IMG/VR virus record: IMGVR_UViG_3300042900_000549
Span: 19,722-83,721 of that record
Length of the DNA stretch: 64,000 nucleotides
Source of the DNA: a virus
Reading direction: 5' to 3' (one strand)
A program made the translations under genes and the position numbers. The notes beneath the pieces are model-generated. The model was not told where the DNA came from. It saw nothing but the letters and a program-made list of their open reading frames with translations, and ran no database searches. Below are positions 20,580 through 28,495 of this stretch, in pieces; within the stretch, counting starts at the first letter, position 1; each line of letters opens with the position of its first letter.

Positions 20580-20774
20580 ATGTCACAAACATCACAAGAA
20601 CTACTTAATGCTATTGAAGAGTGGAAAGTAGAAGACGAAAAGTTTACTGCTGGCAATAATGCCGCTGGTACTCGTGCCCGTAAGGCGCTACAAGAGGTTG
20701 GTAAACTGGTTAAGACCCGTAGAGGTGAGATTACCGAGGAGAAGAGCGCTCGTAAGGCGGCAAAGGGGGGTTGA
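20580..20774 (+). CDS. Histone H1-like (Hc1-type) small basic protein
   Basis: KFTAGNNAAGTRARKALQE motif. Confidence 0.7.
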   Translation: MSQTSQELLNAIEEWKVEDEKFTAGNNAAGTRARKALQEVGKLVKTRRGEITEEKSARKAAKGG

Positions 20775-20799
20775 CAAACCAAGAGGATCCTGGTATTCT
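20771..20799 (+). promoter_or_regulatory. sigma70-like promoter of the tRNA cluster
   Basis: TTGACA-17 bp-TATTCT. Confidence 0.7.
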
Positions 20800-20807
20800 T
20801 AGGAAGT

Positions 20808-20877
20808 GAGAGTGATGCCAAAAGCACGGCACCCCGATAAGGGATACAGTAGAAGAACGCAAAGTCTTCCACTCTCT
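20808..20877 (+). ncRNA. Candidate tRNA-like cloverleaf ncRNA
   Basis: GAGAGTG/CACTCTC 7-bp stem enclosing TGCC/GGCA, CCC/GGG and GAAGA/TCTTC arms; no TTCG T-loop. Confidence 0.55.
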
Positions 20878-20879
20878 AT

Positions 20880-20952
20880 GGGTCAATAACTCAGTTGGTA
20901 GAGTAGCGGGCTTTTAACCTGTAAGTCGTGAGTTCGAGTCTCACTTGACCCA
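20880..20952 (+). tRNA. tRNA-Lys(UUU)
   Basis: GGGTCAA/TTGACCC acceptor, CT-TTT-AA loop, TTCGAGT. Confidence 0.95.
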
Positions 20953-20953
20953 C

Positions 20954-20982
20954 TTGACAATTGGATCCAGAGATGGTATGAT
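20954..20982 (+). promoter_or_regulatory. sigma70-like promoter
   Basis: TTGACA-17 bp-TATGAT. Confidence 0.7.
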
Positions 20983-20990
20983 TGTCTTAT

Positions 20991-21063
20991 GGGCACGTAG
21001 CATAATGGATAATGCATCATCCTTCTAAGATGTCGATTGCTGGTTCGACCCCAGCCGTGCCTG
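20991..21063 (+). tRNA. tRNA-Arg(UCU)
   Basis: GGGCACG/CGTGCCT, CT-TCT-AA, TTCGACC. Confidence 0.93.
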
Positions 21064-21174
21064 TTGAAGTAGTCGTTATGCACATAGCATAGAAAGACGC
21101 TTCATATATAAAAGGATAGAGGTTAAGTCCCTGTTATATCCTTATGAGATATATCACACCTAATCCATCAAATC

Positions 21175-21262
21175 AAGAAAGTGCTGGGCAAACTTTGGAG
21201 GTTTTCTCCACTACCATTTGTGGGCTTCTGAGAACAGGAGAAATAAGGTTTGGTACTTTCTT
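21175..21262 (+). ncRNA. Candidate multibranch structured ncRNA
   Basis: 15-bp closing stem with G-U pairs and three internal hairpins. Confidence 0.5.
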
Positions 21263-21270
21263 CAAAACAC

Positions 21271-21299
21271 TTGACAATCTAAGATTTATGTCTTATGAT
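21271..21299 (+). promoter_or_regulatory. sigma70-like promoter
   Basis: TTGACA-17 bp-TATGAT. Confidence 0.7.
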
Positions 21300-21308
21300 T
21301 GTCTTATT

Positions 21309-21379
21309 GCGGGTATGGTGTAGTGGCAACACAAGAGTTTTCCAAACTTTTATCCTCGGTTCAAATCCGTGTACCCGCT
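21309..21379 (+). tRNA. tRNA-Gly(UCC)
   Basis: GCGGGTA/TACCCGC, TT-TCC-AA, TTCAAAT. Confidence 0.93.
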
Positions 21380-21398
21380 TGAACCATAAGGTTCCTAT

Positions 21399-21470
21399 TC
21401 CACAATAGTTCAGTGGTAGAACTCAAAACTGTTAATTTTGCTGTCCCTGGTTCGAATCCAGGTTGTGGAG
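21399..21470 (+). tRNA. tRNA-Asn(GUU)
   Basis: TCCACAA/TTGTGGA, CT-GTT-AA, TTCGAAT. Confidence 0.93.
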
Positions 21471-21502
21471 TTTATAAATACCCAAAGAAATATGAAAATA
21501 TT

Positions 21503-21763
21503 ATGGAAAACTTACGAATTAGATGTAAATCTTGTAATAGAGAACTGGAGGGTCACCCATCAAAAACAGTTTCTTGTGGATGTTCTAATATGGCAACTAT
21601 AGTAAACAATAATAAAATTACTGCACTTAATTTGTCTAATGTGGTGATGTTAAACTCTCCACATACAAAACAAACCAATAATGTCCTTACTAATGATGAT
21701 ATTATGTGGCAGGAAGCTCGAAGACAACGTAAAGTTCGCCGTTTAGACTTTGAGATTCGTTGA
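21503..21763 (+). CDS. Small zinc-binding hypothetical protein
   Basis: CKSC...CGC; late promoter TATAAATA at 21473. Confidence 0.7.
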   Translation: MENLRIRCKSCNRELEGHPSKTVSCGCSNMATIVNNNKITALNLSNVVMLNSPHTKQTNNVLTNDDIMWQEARRQRKVRRLDFEIR

Positions 21764-21774
21764 TGATTTTTATT

Positions 21775-21859
21775 GGAAAGGTGACCGAGCGGTTTATGGT
21801 GTTTGTCTTGAAAACAAAAGATGTGGAAGCATCCGGAGGTTCGAATCCTCTCCTTTCCG
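21775..21859 (+). tRNA. tRNA-Ser(UGA)
   Basis: GGAAAGG/CCTTTCC, CT-TGA-AA, long variable arm. Confidence 0.93.
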
Positions 21860-21964
21860 TTACATAAGATACTAAAACTCATTTAATATTATAATGTCAA
21901 CACATAATACTCATAGTTAGTATAATAATTATACTAAATTATTAGTATAAACGCACAAAACTCA

Positions 21965-22126
21965 ATGGACGATCACACTTACCAAAATTGGGTTAAGATC
22001 AAAGAAACTTTTGAATCATCCGGTAATACTAATAATATGTTTTACACAAGAGCGTGTGAAATAGTTAAAACTAAAAGAGATCCTATGGATAAATTTTGGA
22101 ATAAAAATAAACACTTGACAAATTAA
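21965..22126 (+). CDS. Small conserved cyanophage/cyanobacterial protein (53 aa)
   Basis: MDDHTYQNWVKIKETFESSGNTNNMFYTRACEIVKTKRDP; absent from the ORF track. Confidence 0.65.
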   Translation: MDDHTYQNWVKIKETFESSGNTNNMFYTRACEIVKTKRDPMDKFWNKNKHLTN

Positions 22127-22156
22127 AGTTTTACTGCTATTATACATAAAGAAATA

Positions 22157-22230
22157 CGGGCATTAGCGCAGTTTGGTAGCGCGTTCCGTTTGGGGCGGAA
22201 AAGTCAGAGGTTCAAATCCTCTATGCCCGA
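22157..22230 (+). tRNA. tRNA-Pro(UGG)
   Basis: CGGGCAT/ATGCCCG, TT-TGG-GG, TTCAAAT. Confidence 0.95.
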
Positions 22231-22286
22231 TTGCCAGAAATTAAACTGGCACACTCAAATTTAAAACTCTTATAAATTCTATTATA

Positions 22287-22481
22287 ATGTCTACAACAAT
22301 TGCTCGAGGAATGGAAAGTTTCACCGTAGAAGATTTTCAAAAACACTTTGATGAATTAATGGAACGAGTTGAGAATGGAGAGTCTTTTCTCATTACAAGC
22401 GAATATGGAAATGCAGTAATGATACCATATTGTGAATTTGACGAAGGTAGTTCTTTTTGTAATCACGACGATGGTTGCTGA
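22287..22481 (+). CDS. Phd/YefM-family antitoxin-like protein
   Basis: TVEDFQKHFDELMERVENGESFLIT..GNAVMIP matches the Phd N-terminal pattern. Confidence 0.7.
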   Translation: MSTTIARGMESFTVEDFQKHFDELMERVENGESFLITSEYGNAVMIPYCEFDEGSSFCNHDDGC

Positions 22482-22490
22482 TCCTTTTGT

Positions 22491-22564
22491 GGGAATGTAG
22501 CTCAATTGGTTAGAGCACAGACCTTATAAGTCTGAGGTTCTGGGTTCAATCCCCAGCGTTCCTA
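22491..22564 (+). tRNA. tRNA-Ile(UAU)
   Basis: GGGAATG/CGTTCCT, CT-TAT-AA loop, discriminator A. Confidence 0.88.
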
Positions 22565-22640
22565 TTGGACACTTTTTTCAGTGTTCTACTTGACTATAAA
22601 ACAACAATCTAGTATAATTACAGAGTCAACTTAAAAAACA

Positions 22641-22853
22641 ATGTCTCTTACTTTAAAATTCAAAAAAGATCTTCAAACACTTCGTGCTGCAGCAAAGGGT
22701 GATTTTTATCTTGATGTAAAGAATCCGAAACTTTACAAAAAAGTCCGTAAGTTCTATCAAAATGAAGGAGTTATTTTTTCTGATGATCCTCTTGACAATT
22801 ATGATATTCTAATTGATTATCTTGTTCAAGATCTTGAGACCGTTGAAGCATAG
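22641..22853 (+). CDS. Conserved cyanophage hypothetical protein
   Basis: YLDVKNPKLYKKVRKFY; TTGACT-17-TATAAT promoter at 22590. Confidence 0.75.
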   Translation: MSLTLKFKKDLQTLRAAAKGDFYLDVKNPKLYKKVRKFYQNEGVIFSDDPLDNYDILIDYLVQDLETVEA

Positions 22854-22861
22854 TAATTCTA

Positions 22862-23053
22862 AAGACACGGACGGTCTATAACAGCACTGGTCGGGAGCAA
22901 CCCCCTTTAGTCACGGAGAGACTCTAAAAGTACTGGTGGATCCAAAATGACCCCTCAATAGGTTTCCAATTTCCTTCAAAAATTGGTGGTGCGGATGGGA
23001 TCTTACTCCCGCCTGGTTTCCAATTTCCAGTTAAAGAATTGGTGGCGAGCCTG
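22862..23053 (+). ncRNA. wcaG-type RNA motif with four UGGY(G) units
   Basis: Pseudoknot-forming GGTTTCCAATTTCC...AATTGG-TGGYG repeats upstream of an NAD-dependent epimerase, the context described for the wcaG RNA. Confidence 0.7.
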
Positions 23054-23063
23054 GTAAAAACCT

Positions 23064-23093
23064 AAAGGAGAGTTGCATAAACTCTCCTTTTTT
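23064..23093 (+). terminator. Intrinsic terminator
   Basis: AAAGGAGAGTT-GCATA-AACTCTCCTTT plus T run. Confidence 0.8.
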
Positions 23094-23127
23094 AGTATAA
23101 TATATAAGAGGAGATTTAAAGCATTTT

Positions 23128-24168
23128 ATGAGTGAATATACAAAAACAGCACTAGTTCTGGGTGCTGGTGGTTTCATTGGAAGTCACATGGTTAAAAGAC
23201 TACGATCAGAAGGATATTGGGTTCGTGGAGTGGATCTTAAATACCCAGAGTTCTCTAATCATCAATGCAACGAGTTTATTATTGGAGATCTTAGAGATCC
23301 TCTCTTTGTGGAAAGAGTCATTCTGTTCAAAGGAGAATTGGGAAACTTTTATAATCATGTTCCATCTCGTTATCTGCAGGGATTTGATGAAATCTATCAG
23401 TTTGCTGCTGATATGGGTGGAGCAGGATTTGTTTTTACTGGAGAGAATGATGCAGATATTATGCATAATTCAGTAACGATTAATCTGAATGTTTTGGAAT
23501 CAGTTCGTAAGTTTAATGACTTTAAGGATACAAATAGGACTAAAATTTTCTACTCTGGTTCTGCTTGTATGTACCCAGAGTATAACCAATTAGATCCTGA
23601 TAATCCCGACTGTCGTGAAGAATCCGCATACCCCGCAGCACCAGATTCAGAATATGGATGGGAAAAACTCTTTTCTGAACGATTGTTTTTCGCATATCAT
23701 CGTAACTACGGGATTGATGTTAGGGTTGCTCGCTATCATAATATCTTTGGACCTGAAGGAACCTGGGAAGGTGGGAGAGAAAAATCCCCCGCAGCAATCT
23801 GTAGAAAGGTTGCATACCTCCCAGAAACAGGTGGTGCGATAGAAGTATGGGGTGATGGTCTTCAGACTCGTTCATTCCTTTATATTGATGAGTGTATTGA
23901 AGCAACTCGTCGTATGATGGAATCCGAATTTATTGGACCAGTAAATATTGGTTCTGAAGAAATGGTCACCATCAATCAACTTGTGGAGACTGCTGCAAAG
24001 GTCTCTGGTAAAGTAGTTCAGAAAGTATATAAATTAGATGCACCTCTTGGTGTTCGTGGTCGCAACTCAAATAATGATCTTATCCGTAAAGAACTTGGAT
24101 GGGATTATTCACAGACACTTGAAGAAGGTATTCATAAGACTTATGAGTGGATTTTAGATCAAATTTGA
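23128..24168 (+). CDS. NAD-dependent nucleotide-sugar epimerase, GDP-mannose 3,5-epimerase-like
   Basis: GAGGFIG, AADMGG, SACMYP, YGWEK, GVRGRNS. Confidence 0.9.
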   Translation: MSEYTKTALVLGAGGFIGSHMVKRLRSEGYWVRGVDLKYPEFSNHQCNEFIIGDLRDPLFVERVILFKGELGNFYNHVPSRYLQGFDEIYQFAADMGGAGFVFTGENDADIMHNSVTINLNVLESVRKFNDFKDTNRTKIFYSGSACMYPEYNQLDPDNPDCREESAYPAAPDSEYGWEKLFSERLFFAYHRNYGIDVRVARYHNIFGPEGTWEGGREKSPAAICRKVAYLPETGGAIEVWGDGLQTRSFLYIDECIEATRRMMESEFIGPVNIGSEEMVTINQLVETAAKVSGKVVQKVYKLDAPLGVRGRNSNNDLIRKELGWDYSQTLEEGIHKTYEWILDQI

Positions 24169-24219
24169 TACCTCTGCTACTGACAATTTTAATATCAAAT
24201 TAATTTTTGTAAAAGTAAA

Positions 24220-25023
24220 ATGATTGGATTTAATCACTTAGGTAAGGTAGGACAACTAGGAAACCAGATGTTCCAGTATGCTGCCACCAAATCTATCGCT
24301 AGAAAGATTGGAACAGACTTTATGATTCCTGATCATAGAGAAGTTGTTGTTGATGTTCTTGGTAATAAACTTTATGTAGAACTTTTTAAGGTATTTACCT
24401 TGGATCCAGTTAATCGAGGATACTTAAATATTAAACAGGAAGATTATCTACACGAATCCACTTTTGAATTTGATGAAAAGTTCTTTGAATTGGATCCTAA
24501 TAAGGATATCTCTCTATTTGGATACTTTCAAACTGAAAAGTATTTCAAGCATATTGAGAGTGAAATTCGTGAAGACTTTACCTTTCAAGATCAATATGTA
24601 AATGAATGTGCCGACATTTTGGATCAGTTTGACACCCCAATTGCTTTACACATTCGTAGAGGAGACTTTCTAATTAATTCATTAAATCATGCTAATCTAC
24701 CAATTGAATATTATGAGACAGCACTTCAACAGTTTGATCATAATCGTCAAGTTGTAATCTTTTCTGATGACCCATTTTGGTGTAAAAATCAATCACTTTT
24801 TACTGATGATAGATTCTTGGTCTCTGACGGGAATAGTTCATATCATGATCTTTACTTGATGTCTAAGTGCTCTGATTTTATTATTTCTAACAGCACTTTT
24901 AGTTGGTGGGGATCTTGGTTAGCAAATACTGGAAAGGTTGTTGCTCCATCTCTCTGGTTTGGACCCAATAATTCCAGTAAGAATGTAAAAGATCTTTATT
25001 GTGATGGGTGGACAATCCAATGA
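24220..25023 (+). CDS. Alpha-1,2-fucosyltransferase (GT11)
   Basis: GQLGNQMFQYA, GYFQTEKYF, HIRRGD, NSTFSWW. Confidence 0.9.
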   Translation: MIGFNHLGKVGQLGNQMFQYAATKSIARKIGTDFMIPDHREVVVDVLGNKLYVELFKVFTLDPVNRGYLNIKQEDYLHESTFEFDEKFFELDPNKDISLFGYFQTEKYFKHIESEIREDFTFQDQYVNECADILDQFDTPIALHIRRGDFLINSLNHANLPIEYYETALQQFDHNRQVVIFSDDPFWCKNQSLFTDDRFLVSDGNSSYHDLYLMSKCSDFIISNSTFSWWGSWLANTGKVVAPSLWFGPNNSSKNVKDLYCDGWTIQ

Positions 25024-25730
25024 AAATGTCTATTGCCATTCCTACATATGAATCTAAAAGTAGAGGTGGTGAATTTTTAAATGATTTACTTCGAACAATT
25101 GAAATACAGACATTTAAAGATTTTGAAGTAGTTATTTCTGATCATAGTATCAATAATAAATTATTAAAAGTTGTTGATCAATATGTACAAAAATTTAAAA
25201 TTGTTTATGTTAAGAATGAAGAACTTAGAGGAAATGGTCCTGCAAATACAAATAATTCTATTGAAAATTGTTCAGGTAAAATTATTAAGGTAATGTTTCA
25301 GGATGACTTTTTTTATGATGATGAGGCATTAGAAAAGATTTACAATGCCTTTGAATCTGATACAAAGTGGTTGTTATGTGCTTGTAACCACACAAGAAAT
25401 GATGGTAATTCTTTTTATGGTGACTTGTATCCTGCTTGGAATAATGATATACTTAATGGAGTGAATACAATTAGTTCTCCGTCTGTCTTGGCAACAAGGC
25501 GTGAAGTTTTTGAAAAGGTTAAATTTGATCCAAATTTAGTGATGATGATGGATTGCGAATTCTATTATCATGTTAAAGAAATTTATGGAGACCCAGTTTA
25601 TTATCATGATGTGTTAGTGTCTAATAGAGTTCATAATGATCAAATATCTTCTATGTATTTAAAAGAAGATTATCAAAAAAAATTTAATAGTGAACTTTTA
25701 TATTGTAAAAAAAAGCATGGAGTTAAGTAA
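25020..25730 (+). CDS. Glycosyltransferase family 2
   Basis: SIAIPTY, QTFKDFEVVISDH, FQDD. Confidence 0.85.
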   Translation: MKMSIAIPTYESKSRGGEFLNDLLRTIEIQTFKDFEVVISDHSINNKLLKVVDQYVQKFKIVYVKNEELRGNGPANTNNSIENCSGKIIKVMFQDDFFYDDEALEKIYNAFESDTKWLLCACNHTRNDGNSFYGDLYPAWNNDILNGVNTISSPSVLATRREVFEKVKFDPNLVMMMDCEFYYHVKEIYGDPVYYHDVLVSNRVHNDQISSMYLKEDYQKKFNSELLYCKKKHGVK

Positions 25731-25731
25731 A

Positions 25732-25782
25732 ATGCCTAAAGTTTTGATTGTTGAATTTGGATTTGTTGGATCTGTAAAATAA
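25732..25782 (+). pseudogene. Relic N-terminus of a Rossmann-fold nucleotide-sugar dehydrogenase
   Basis: MPKVLIVEFGFVGSVK*, a degenerate GxGxxG motif. Confidence 0.45.
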
Positions 25783-25788
25783 TAAACC

Positions 25789-26490
25789 ATGAAAATTGCT
25801 GTTATAACTGCTTCAATAGGAACAAATAAACTATTACCTCAACAAAAGTATGATGGTGTTGATTATCATGCTTTTGTTGATAATAGTGAAAATAATAACG
25901 ATTGGGTTGAACATCCAGATCTTCAATATTGGAATCAACATTCTGCTATTCAATTTTCTTCAGACCCAGTTTATGCAAATCGAAGAAATGCAAAGATTTA
26001 TAAGATAATTCCTTTTGCATTTCTTCCAGATTATGATTATTATTTTTGGATTGATTCGACTCATATTTTAGAACAAAATCCAAATAATCTTGTAGAAACT
26101 TATCTTAAAGATGCTGACGTTGCAGTTTTTAAACATCAACAACGGGAATGTATTTACAAAGAGGGTGAGTTTATCAAACAAATTAAATTTGATTATTCAA
26201 ATTTAATTGATGATCAACTTGCTTTTTATAAGAATATGTGCTATCCTGAAGGTAATGGATTGTATGAACTTCCGGTAAGATTTCAACGCAATAATGAATT
26301 AACACAAAAAATGGGATTGATGTGGTGGGAGCAAATTTGTATGTTTTCATCTAGAGATCAATTAAGTTTCCCTTTTGTATGCCATCAACTTAATATTAAT
26401 TTATCAATATTACCTGGTGCTGCTAATACAATCCGAGGTAATTCTATCGCACCTCAAGTAATTATGTCCAATCATAGTAGAATATTCTAA
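25789..26490 (+). CDS. DUF616-like glycosyltransferase
   Basis: WIDS, FKH..RECIY.E, SSRDQLSFP. Confidence 0.75.
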   Translation: MKIAVITASIGTNKLLPQQKYDGVDYHAFVDNSENNNDWVEHPDLQYWNQHSAIQFSSDPVYANRRNAKIYKIIPFAFLPDYDYYFWIDSTHILEQNPNNLVETYLKDADVAVFKHQQRECIYKEGEFIKQIKFDYSNLIDDQLAFYKNMCYPEGNGLYELPVRFQRNNELTQKMGLMWWEQICMFSSRDQLSFPFVCHQLNINLSILPGAANTIRGNSIAPQVIMSNHSRIF

Positions 26491-27812
26491 TGTGTAGTTT
26501 TCTTTTTACTGATAAAGATATAAATGATTTAGATCACGTTAATCATTTTATGAAGTTTCGTGGACCAGATTTGACTAAAACTATTGAGATTAATGAATAT
26601 ACATTTATTCATAATATTTTGTCAATTACCGGAACGTTCTCTGAACAACCTTTTGTGAATCATGATGATCAAATTGTTTGTATTTATAATGGCGAAATCT
26701 ATAACTATCTAGAATTTGGTGAATACAATTCTGATGGTGAATGTCTCATTCCATTATATAAAAAATATGGGGATAAGTTTGTAAAAGAACTTGATGGTGA
26801 GTTTGCTATCGTCCTTGTTGACTTTAAGAATAATAAAATCATTATATCTACTGATGTATTTTCCACAAAACCATTATGGTTTTCGATTGGAGATCAACTT
26901 GCTGTAGCAACGTATGAGTCTGCAGTAAAAGCATTAGGATTTAGAAAGGCAACTAAACTTGATGCAAATACCACACAAGTTTTTGATTTGGAAACCAGAA
27001 AATTACTTCAAGAATTTTGTGTTTATGAATTTGATTTAATACAACATAAAACCGACTTTTCTGATTGGATTATTTCATTTGAAAATTCTATTCGAAAGCG
27101 TACATCCAATCTTAGAGAAAATATCTTTATTGGACTTTCGAGTGGATATGATAGTGGTGGAATTGCTTGTGAATTGAATAAACAAAATGTTCCGTATAAA
27201 GCATATACTGTAGTTGGAAGTGAAAATAAGGAAATCTTGGATAAGAGATTTTCTATGTTTAATGAAAATTGTTCTGGGCAATATCTTGAAGATAATCGTT
27301 GGCAATATAGAGATTACATTAATCGGAATGTGGAAGAATTTAAATATAGAATTTATTCTTCAAGTAACGACTATAATGAGTTTGATAGGAGACTTCAGGA
27401 TGATAACGGATCTTGTGGTCTATCTATGATTTGTGATAATGCTAAAAGGGAAGGAAAAAAAGTATATCTTTCTGGATCTGGGTCCGATGAAATTTTTTCT
27501 GACTATGGATTTAATGGTGAGAAAAAGTTTCTCCACAGTAATTTTGGTGGATTATTTCCAGAAGATCTAACTACAATCTTTCCATGGGCATCTTTTTATG
27601 GAAGTACAATGGTTTCATACTTGGCAAAGGAAGAATATGTTGCTGGATCTTATGGTATAGAAACTAGGTATCCATATCTGGATACATATGTCGTACAAGA
27701 ATTTTTATGGTTAAATTGCAATCTTAAAAATTTAAAATACAAATCAGTTTTGGATGAATATTTAACTAAATCAAACTATCCATTTGAAAAAAATATTAAA
27801 AGAGGATTTTGA
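26490..27812 (+). CDS. Asparagine synthetase (AsnB)-like glutamine amidotransferase
   Basis: N-terminal Cys (MCSF), RGPD, NGEIYN, LDGEFA, LSSGYDS, LSGSGSDEIF. Confidence 0.88.
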   Translation: MCSFLFTDKDINDLDHVNHFMKFRGPDLTKTIEINEYTFIHNILSITGTFSEQPFVNHDDQIVCIYNGEIYNYLEFGEYNSDGECLIPLYKKYGDKFVKELDGEFAIVLVDFKNNKIIISTDVFSTKPLWFSIGDQLAVATYESAVKALGFRKATKLDANTTQVFDLETRKLLQEFCVYEFDLIQHKTDFSDWIISFENSIRKRTSNLRENIFIGLSSGYDSGGIACELNKQNVPYKAYTVVGSENKEILDKRFSMFNENCSGQYLEDNRWQYRDYINRNVEEFKYRIYSSSNDYNEFDRRLQDDNGSCGLSMICDNAKREGKKVYLSGSGSDEIFSDYGFNGEKKFLHSNFGGLFPEDLTTIFPWASFYGSTMVSYLAKEEYVAGSYGIETRYPYLDTYVVQEFLWLNCNLKNLKYKSVLDEYLTKSNYPFEKNIKRGF

Positions 27813-27814
27813 TA

Positions 27815-28438
27815 ATGGACAATGAATTAAAAAATACATTTACTCAAATATACAAGACTAAAATTTGGGGAGAAGGATCTGGGCAAGGATCAACAGATGA
27901 ACTTATTGTTAATACTTATATTAATGATATTTCTGCTTTTTTAAAATCTTTTAATAACAAACCAAAAATCATAGATCTTGGATGTGGAGATTTTAATGTT
28001 GGATCTAAAATTATTGAATATTCTTCTGAATATATTGCTTGTGATATAGTGGAGTTTATTATAAAAGAAAATAAAAAAAAATATTTTGATGCAAATGTAG
28101 AATTTCAAGTATTGGATATATCTAAGGACGATCTTCCCTTAGGTGATATTGCAATTATTCGGCAAGTTCTTCAACATTTATCCAATAGAAAAATAAATAA
28201 TATACTAAAAAATATATACGATACTTACCAGTACGTTATAATTACGGAGCATATTCCAAAAGATAAATTTATACCCAATATTGATATGTCTTCTGGGAAT
28301 AAAACTAGAATTGAATTGAATAGTGGGGTTGTTGTAACTGAAAGTCCATTTTCATTAAAAATAAAGGATCAGAAACTTATAAGTTCAATTACACTTGGGG
28401 ATACGGTATTAAAAACATTAGTGTATCAATTACACTAA
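27815..28438 (+). CDS. Class I SAM-dependent methyltransferase
   Basis: SGQGS, IDLGCGD, RQVLQHL. Confidence 0.85.
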   Translation: MDNELKNTFTQIYKTKIWGEGSGQGSTDELIVNTYINDISAFLKSFNNKPKIIDLGCGDFNVGSKIIEYSSEYIACDIVEFIIKENKKKYFDANVEFQVLDISKDDLPLGDIAIIRQVLQHLSNRKINNILKNIYDTYQYVIITEHIPKDKFIPNIDMSSGNKTRIELNSGVVVTESPFSLKIKDQKLISSITLGDTVLKTLVYQLH

Positions 28439-28495
28439 TGTTGACATTAAATAAATAATGTTTTAAAATAAAATTAAAATTGGAGATTTAAACAA

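Noticed and set aside
20808-21262. Hammerhead, twister or HDV-like ribozymes among the tRNAs
   Set aside because: No CUGAUGA/GAAA core or other ribozyme consensus could be matched by eye; kept only as unknown structured RNAs.
20543-21882. ORFs 20543-20872, 20883-21083 and 21553-21882, and the 21413 start
   Set aside because: They overlap clear tRNA genes; the real start of the + strand gene is 21503.
22862-23053. Possible mini-CRISPR array
   Set aside because: The repeats are short, of two types and pseudoknot-forming, with no regular spacers. The Cas4-like exonuclease at 51654 is a standard phage gene with no cas neighbours.
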